DNA from: Takifugu flavidus
Taxonomy: Eukaryota
Reading direction: 5' to 3'
Assembly (NCBI RefSeq): GCF_003711565.1
Contig: NC_079534.1
Coordinates: forward strand, 9,589,991 to 9,653,990
Length of the DNA: 64,000 nt
Below the pieces are notes generated by a model. It was not told the origin of the DNA, ran no database searches, and worked only from the letters and a program-made list of their open reading frames with translations. Made by a program: the position numbers and the translations under genes. This document shows, piece by piece, positions 58,253-64,000 of this stretch. Position 1 is the first letter of the stretch. Every line of letters begins with the position of its first letter.

Positions 58253-58352
58253 GACTTTGTTGTGGCATGGTTCCCGTCTTTCTAACTGGGTTAGCATCCT
58301 GAGTCAGGGGCTCAGAGTAGCTCCACCTGAGGCTCCAGTCACTGGATACATG
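58253..58352 (+). CDS. parp2: parp2 exon 14 ([34 protein letters not shown])
   Basis: Matches human [34 protein letters not shown] (H-G-S of the catalytic triad). Confidence 0.93.
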
Positions 58353-58508
58353 GTAACACCTAACTTCTGATATTCTACCATCTGCTTTATTTGTTTTTAG
58401 CTATACTGAATCTTGTCTCACAGTATAAGTATATTATACAATACATATTGTGTCAGGCAAACATGGGAGTAAATTATTGGAAATGAAACCTGCTACTCTT
58501 TGTTGCAG

Positions 58509-58607
58509 TTTGGAAAGGGTATCTACTTTGCTGACATGTCATCAAAAAGTGCTAACTACTGTTTCGCCAATCAGAGTAACCACATTGGACTGCTACTACT
58601 GTGTGAG
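58509..58607 (+). CDS. parp2: parp2 exon 15 ([33 protein letters not shown])
   Basis: Matches human [33 protein letters not shown]. Confidence 0.93.
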
Positions 58608-59440
58608 GTACGTTCACTTATTTTCTTGATGGTTCTGTGTTGTATCTTCTTTAATTTAAGATCTGTATTCTTTGCTGTTCGATTGAAAAACACTCTGGTA
58701 ATCTCCGACTTTCTGGCACTACAATAGTGCTTTTCCACTAGTACCTGCTCAGGTCAGCTCAAAGCTTCAGGGTTTTCCATTACGAGATACTTTTTAGCAC
58801 CTACTTGGTCAGGGTTCTAAGTGTGCTGAGCCTGGGTTTGAGCTGAAATTGGTAATGCAGGCCAGTGATTGGCCAGGGAAAGATGGGTCGTGACAGTCAC
58901 TCAGTCACTTGACTTAAACGTGTCACTTTAAAAATCTGGCAATGGCGAACAAGCTTTTTCATTACCTCTTTGAACAAAATGATAATGGCTATGTACACCG
59001 ACGAGGTGCAGTCTTCTGTACAGAAGCCTGAGAGAGCTTCCGAATACAGAGCGATCTAAGATAAGGGGGTTACCAGGAGGACTCTGAGCTGATGGTTTCT
59101 CATGCAATTACCAGACCATCAAGGACCACAGCGGTCAGGTTGGGTTGAAAGGAAAGGACTGGATGTGGTTTAATGAAAATGGATGCTGTTGGGTGGAGGC
59201 TTTACAGTTTGTGTCCAGGGTCTGCAGCGATGTCACGGGTCCTCCTCCTGGCGCTGGACTATGAGTCCTGGATAGAGGGAAGATCGGTCCTGATGATTTT
59301 CTCTGCAGCTCCAATTGTCCTTTACAGCTCTTATCCAATTTGGTGGCAGAGTCAAACGAGATGTGATGGAAGTGCACAGGACAGACTGAACTGTTGAAGT
59401 GGGTTCCAGGAAGCAAGTTGAACTTCCAGAGAACCCTCAG

Positions 59441-59986
59441 GCAGTACCGTATTTTCCGGACTGTAAGTCGCACTTTTTTTCATAGTTTGTCAGGGGGTGC
59501 GACTTGTACTCCGGACCGATTTAAATTATTACATTATTACGGAATTTCACATGTTCATTATTTTCACACTGACAACCACAAGAGCGCTCTAGGCGTGTGT
59601 ACCTGAGGAATGAGTTCCTTTAGTGACGCAGAAGAAGCGGTGCTTCATCTATGGAGTTAGACTTGATTGTTTGGTAAACTTGCTCGGATGTTCTTTATGC
59701 TATAGTTATCTGAATAACTGTTAATATGTTACGTTAACAAAGCAGACACATACTCAGTTCGTTGTGGGTCATGTAGCTGAATTTGTTATGTTAGCATACC
59801 GTAACCCTATTGCTAATCCATGCGAATTGCCTTTCAAGATGAAATGTATGTTCTTGGTCTCGGATTTTATCAAATAAATTTTTCCCCAAATGCGACTTAT
59901 AGTCCAGTGCGACTTATATATCTATTTTTCTTCTTTATTATGCATTGTTTGGCTAATGCGACATATAGTCCAGAAAATACGGTACA
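59441..59986. mobile_element. MITE-like non-autonomous DNA element (~545 bp) with ~30-bp terminal inverted repeats
   Basis: Left end cagtaccgtattttccggactgtaagtcgcac. Right end gcgacatatagtccagaaaatacggtac is its reverse complement with a few mismatches. Internal subrepeats gcgacttatagtccagtgcgacttatat. Confidence 0.6.
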
Positions 59987-61199
59987 TCCTCTGCAGGGCC
60001 TTTTTGGTGACTGTTTATGTGGGAGGTCCACAGTAGACATTGCATTTTTGGGAAGGGGGTTCAGCTCCAGTTTATTCTGACTGTACCAGAAGACCAACTG
60101 TTCTGCCCGACCATTAAGCTGATCCATCAGCAGCAGTGATGGTGGTGGTGCTTCTGTAAACCAGATCATCTCCTCTTAGCTTCTCTGATTCTCTTGTTCA
60201 GTTTTTTTCTGGTGTGCCTGTACAGGCCCCCTACCATTTGCAGGCCTCCTTGGTCATGATTTTTTTTATAACCCATGGCTTATTGTTTTTGTATATACAG
60301 AAGTTTTTTGTCTGTTTAGAGCTGATGAAAGATGTGAGTGGGCGCATCCAAGTCGGGATTGTGTCCTCAATTGAAAAGTGATAGAACCTGCATGGAGTCA
60401 AGCAAAGTGGTGCCACTATTGTTTACAGGAGAACCCCATGTATGACGATATCACATGCTTATTTCACATTTTTTTTCCTGCCTGCTAAGATTGTTAAATT
60501 ATTTGGCTATTGAGTAATAGTTAGACGTAATTATTATTAAATTATTTGATCCAAGTACATTAAATCACCTTGGGGCACCTCCTGATCACAACAACTCGCT
60601 ATAACACAAATACAACTTGCTTGACTGGGCCTAGTTTGTGTTACCGGTCCTGGAGGGAGAGATACTTACTCCAGTGTGTTGCTCTACTGAGATGGTGATC
60701 CATGTGGAGGAGCCAACCTGGGAAAAGATTCTAGATCCAATTTGAAAGCTTGTGCATTCCTGGTGGTTGCAGAAAACTGGTAGCTACTTTGAGGTAGCTT
60801 GTTAGCAGCTCAATGCTAACTGGCTGGATGGCTCCTGTTGCTGAGATGTTTAGCTTGCCAACCTTGTGTTGGGTGTCTTATGGCACTTGTCCCATCTCGT
60901 TGCTGTGAGAAATGGCAGTGAAGCGAGGAGAGCAAAAGTAAGAGAGAACTAAGTCAAGCCACATGCCACAGTCAGCCAGTGGTAACTACTAGATCAGGTT
61001 TTCACACCTGGAGGATTGTGGGACATTTGAAGTTATAGTGCTTTTCTTTGTCTCCAAGACAAAGAAAGACATGCAGTCATCTTGGTTATGCTTGGGTAGC
61101 CTCCACTGCTCACCCACAGGTCCAGGTCCCAACAAAGGTGCAGGAGAGAGAATCCACCATGTCCAGATCTCAAACTGATTGATGACGGCAGTAGAAATA

Positions 61200-63045
61200 G
61201 TGAAACTGATATAGAATAAGAATCAGAATCAGAGTACTTTATTGATCCCTTTAGGGGGTGTCCATTAGGGAAATTAGCATCTCCCCAAAGAAAGGTACAG
61301 CACTGTTTAAAATATTAAAAATATTAAAAATAATAAAAAATAAAAATAGAATAAAATAAGAAATAAAATAGAATAAATTAAAAATAGAATATAAATATAA
61401 AATATCAAACTATAGAAATCTAAATAAATGAACTGAATGAATGAATGAACGGAATGAATGGATGTCCCAGTATTATGTTATTGCAGTGTTGTTCCAGTCC
61501 TTCTGTTGGCCCTCCTCCCCCCCAGTGAGGAGTTGAACAGTCTGATGGCTCGGGGGATGAATGAGTTCCCCAGTCTGTTTGTTCTGAATTTGGGGAGGCG
61601 CAGCCTCTGGCTGATCAGGCTTCTCTGGGTGTGGATGACAGTGTGCAGAGGGTGGCGGACATTGTCCATGATGCTCTGCAGCTTGTCAATAGTTCTCCTC
61701 TCTGCCACTGTCACCAGAGGTTTCAGTTTCATCCCAACCACCGAGCTGGCCCGCCTGATCAGCTTCTCCAGCCTGGAGAGGTCTGCTTTTGTCACACTCC
61801 CCCCCCAGCACACCACAGCGTAGGACAGGACGCTGGCGACCACAGACTGGTAGAACATCCAGAGGAGTTTCCTGCAGATGTTGAAAGATCTGAGTCTCCT
61901 CAGGAAGTACATCCTGCTCTGGGTCTTCTTGTACAGCTGCCTTGTGTTGCTTGTCCAGTCCAGCCTATTGTCCAGCCACAGCCCAAGATATTTGTAGGTC
62001 TGCACGCCCTCCACCTCCTCCGTTCCTATCTGAACTGGTCTAGGTCTCGGTCGGTCCCTCCCAAAGTCAATGACTAGTTCTTTAGTTTTGGAGGTGTTGA
62101 GCTGCAGGCCGTTGTTGTGGCACCAGGCAACAAAGTCCCTCACCAGGCACCGGTACTCCTCCTCTTCGTCGTCTCTGATACATCCAACGATGGCTGTGTC
62201 ATCAGCGAACTTCTGAATGTGACACATTTCAGAGTTGTAACAGAAGTCCGAGGTGTACAGAGTGAAGAGGATGGGGGACAGCACAGTCCCCTGTGGAGCA
62301 CCGATGCTGCTGACCACAGTGTCAGACGTGATGTCCTTCATCCTGACGAACTGCGGCCTGTCGGTGAGGTAGCTGGAGATCCAAGCAACCAGGCAGGGGC
62401 CCACTCGCATCTGTAGAAGCTTGTCCTGTAGGACAAGGGGCTGGATCGTGTTGAAGGCACTCAAGAAATCCAAAAAGAGGATTCTCGCTGTGCCACTCCC
62501 CTTGTCCAGATGTGAGTGGAGGGAGGAGGGGAGGTGGAGGAGGGAGGAGGGGAGGCGGGGTTGGGGGAAGTTGTGGTGGGTGGCGGGTTGGAGGGAGGGG
62601 GGGGTAGAGGGGGGCTCGGCTGCTGGGGGGGAGTGGGGGGGGGGGGGGTGGAGGGGAGCTGGGCTGCTGAGGTGGGGGGCAGAGGATTGGAGTGGAGTGG
62701 GCTGACTGAACCTGTTGAAGAATTGGTTCAGGTCGTTTGCCCTCTCCACTCCTCCCCCTTCCGTGCTGGTCTTGGCTTTGTGACCAGTGATGGTCCTGAC
62801 ACCTTCCCAGACGTCCCGCATGTTGTTATCAGCCAGCTTCTTCTCCACCTTCTTCCTGTAGGTGTTCTTTGCCTCCTTCAGGCAGCGTTTCACCTCCCTC
62901 TGCGCTTCTTTCATCTCCTCCCTGTCTTTATTTCTGAAGGCCTTTTTCTTCTTATTGAGGACATCCTTGACTTCCTGTGTTACCCATGGCTTATTGTTAG
63001 GATAACACTCTACAGTCTTGGTGGGGACAACCACATCTACACAGA
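61200..63045 (-). mobile_element. 5'-truncated non-LTR retrotransposon (LINE) copy in a parp2 intron, antisense to parp2
   Basis: 518-aa minus-strand ORF (61478-63034) with reverse-transcriptase motifs (ILFLDFLSAFNTIQP, QGTVLSPILFTLYT, FADDTAIVG). The 3' end on the minus strand has a (CATT)n tail and an A-rich stretch (61200-61470). Confidence 0.85.
62500..62700 (+). repeat. G-rich low-complexity tract (GGGAGG/GGGGTG runs) inside the LINE reverse-transcriptase ORF
   Basis: ggagggaggaggggaggtggaggagggagg...gggggggggggggggtggaggggagctggg; encodes a proline-rich insert on the LINE coding strand. Confidence 0.85.
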
Positions 63046-63238
63046 AATTGAGGTAGTCTGTGAGACTATCATATCATATCATATCAATACATTATCAATA
63101 CAATACATATCATATCAATACAAATATAAGCTTAGATTTGGCAGAGGTAATAAAAACATAAATATTTCTTTTTGACTTCGTTTGATTTGATGTAGAACTA
63201 TCTCCTTATCCATACTGTGTTTCTATATGTGATTCTAG

Positions 63239-63363
63239 GTTGCCTTGGGTGACAGTAACGAGTTATTGGATGCAGACTTTGAGGCCAGCAAACTGCCTGA
63301 TGGAAAACACAGTACCAAGGGCCTCGGACAGACCGGACCTGACCCCAAAAACTCTCTAATTCT
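63239..63363 (+). CDS. parp2: parp2 exon 16 ([41 protein letters not shown])
   Basis: Matches human [42 protein letters not shown]. Acceptor gattctag. The 3' boundary is tentative (donor gttagt at 63364). Remaining exons lie beyond the window. Confidence 0.8.
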
Positions 63364-63439
63364 GTTAGTAGATTCAATCATGCTCACTATTACGGCTAAA
63401 GAAATATCTAGACAGGGATGTTTGTTGATGTTGTCACAT

Positions 63440-64000
63440 TAAGACTATTTACACGACGAAAACATACACTGCTTAAAAAAATTAGAGGAACACTTTTTAA
63501 TCAGAGTATAGCAACCTATCATTCAAAGTTCTGGGATATTGATCTGGTCAGTTAAGTAGCAGAGGGAGTTGTTAATCCGTTTCTGCTGCTTTGTTGTTAA
63601 TGAAATGAACAAAAGGTGCATCAGAGGGGCAACAATGAGACGGCCCCCAAAACAGGAATGGCTTTCCAGGTTGAGGCCACTGATACCTTTTTTCCTCCTC
63701 ATCTCTTTTGGCTGATTTTTTTTACTGACTGACTTTCTACTGCTGTCATTATTCATTTGGCTTGGATCAACATCTCTGTTGATAGCATGGTGCGGTACCT
63801 GTATGCTACAGAGGTTGCACAAGTAGTCCAACTCCTCCAGGATAGCACATCAATACATGCCGTTGCAAGGTTTGCTTTGTCTCCCAGCACAGTCTCAAGA
63901 GCATGGAAGAGATTCCAGGAAACCGGTAGTTACTCCAGGAGCGCTGGACAGGGCCATAGAAGGTCCTTAAACCCTCAGCAGGATCGGTATCTGCTCCTTT
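63440..64000 (+). mobile_element. 5' part of a second Tc1-like transposon, in a parp2 intron; continues past the window end
   Basis: Terminal inverted repeat-like start tacacgacgaaaacatacactgcttaaaaaaattagaggaacac..., then a transposase N-terminus MVRYLYATEVAQVVQLLQDSTSIHAVARFALSPSTVSRAWKRFQETGSYSRSAGQGHRRSLNPQQDRYLL from 63783. Confidence 0.8.

Noticed and set aside
62421-63175. 219-aa plus-strand glycine-rich ORF
   Set aside because: Antisense reading of the LINE reverse-transcriptase ORF through the G-rich tract; low complexity, no domain.

Overview
This window is vertebrate, almost certainly teleost-fish, nuclear DNA. It is not prokaryotic. It contains eight spliced protein-coding genes, identified by translating exons and matching them to well-known vertebrate proteins; intron phases were checked for each.

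Genes found, in order:
- copa: the 5' six coding exons of coatomer subunit alpha, minus strand; the gene continues past the window start.
- pex19: complete, eight exons, minus strand, ending in a CaaX box.
- A MYADM/MARVEL-family gene with a single-exon CDS, plus strand.
- nfatc4: at least 11 exons, minus strand. It carries the PSIQIT calcineurin-docking motif and Rel-homology exons.
- A leukotriene-B4-receptor-like class-A GPCR with a coding sequence interrupted by introns, plus strand.
- sdr39u1: complete, six exons, plus strand.
- mettl17: complete, minus strand.
- parp2: exons 1 to 16, plus strand; the gene continues past the window end.

mettl17 and parp2 are head to head, with about 510 bp between their start codons.

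The remainder is interspersed repeats:
- a fragmented LINE (27.0-30.5 kb);
- a tRNA-derived SINE with an intact 13-bp target-site duplication (30.67-31.07 kb);
- a Tc1-like transposon with long terminal inverted repeats and a frameshifted transposase (38.5-40.1 kb);
- an antisense LINE reverse-transcriptase copy inside a parp2 intron (61.2-63.0 kb);
- the start of another Tc1 element (63.4 kb onward);
- MITE-like elements, three copies of one SINE family, three copies of a repeat associated with (GGAGA)n, and several long (CA/GT)n microsatellites.

Most noteworthy observations:
- parp2 carries an in-frame exon encoding a WWE-like domain, which human PARP2 lacks.
- Two GC-AG introns are present, one in sdr39u1 and one in nfatc4.
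- The reading frame of the ltb4r-like gene is inconsistent between its TM6 and TM7 exons.
- A (GT)n microsatellite directly abuts a mettl17 splice donor.

All coordinates were derived by hand and may be off by 1-2 bp.
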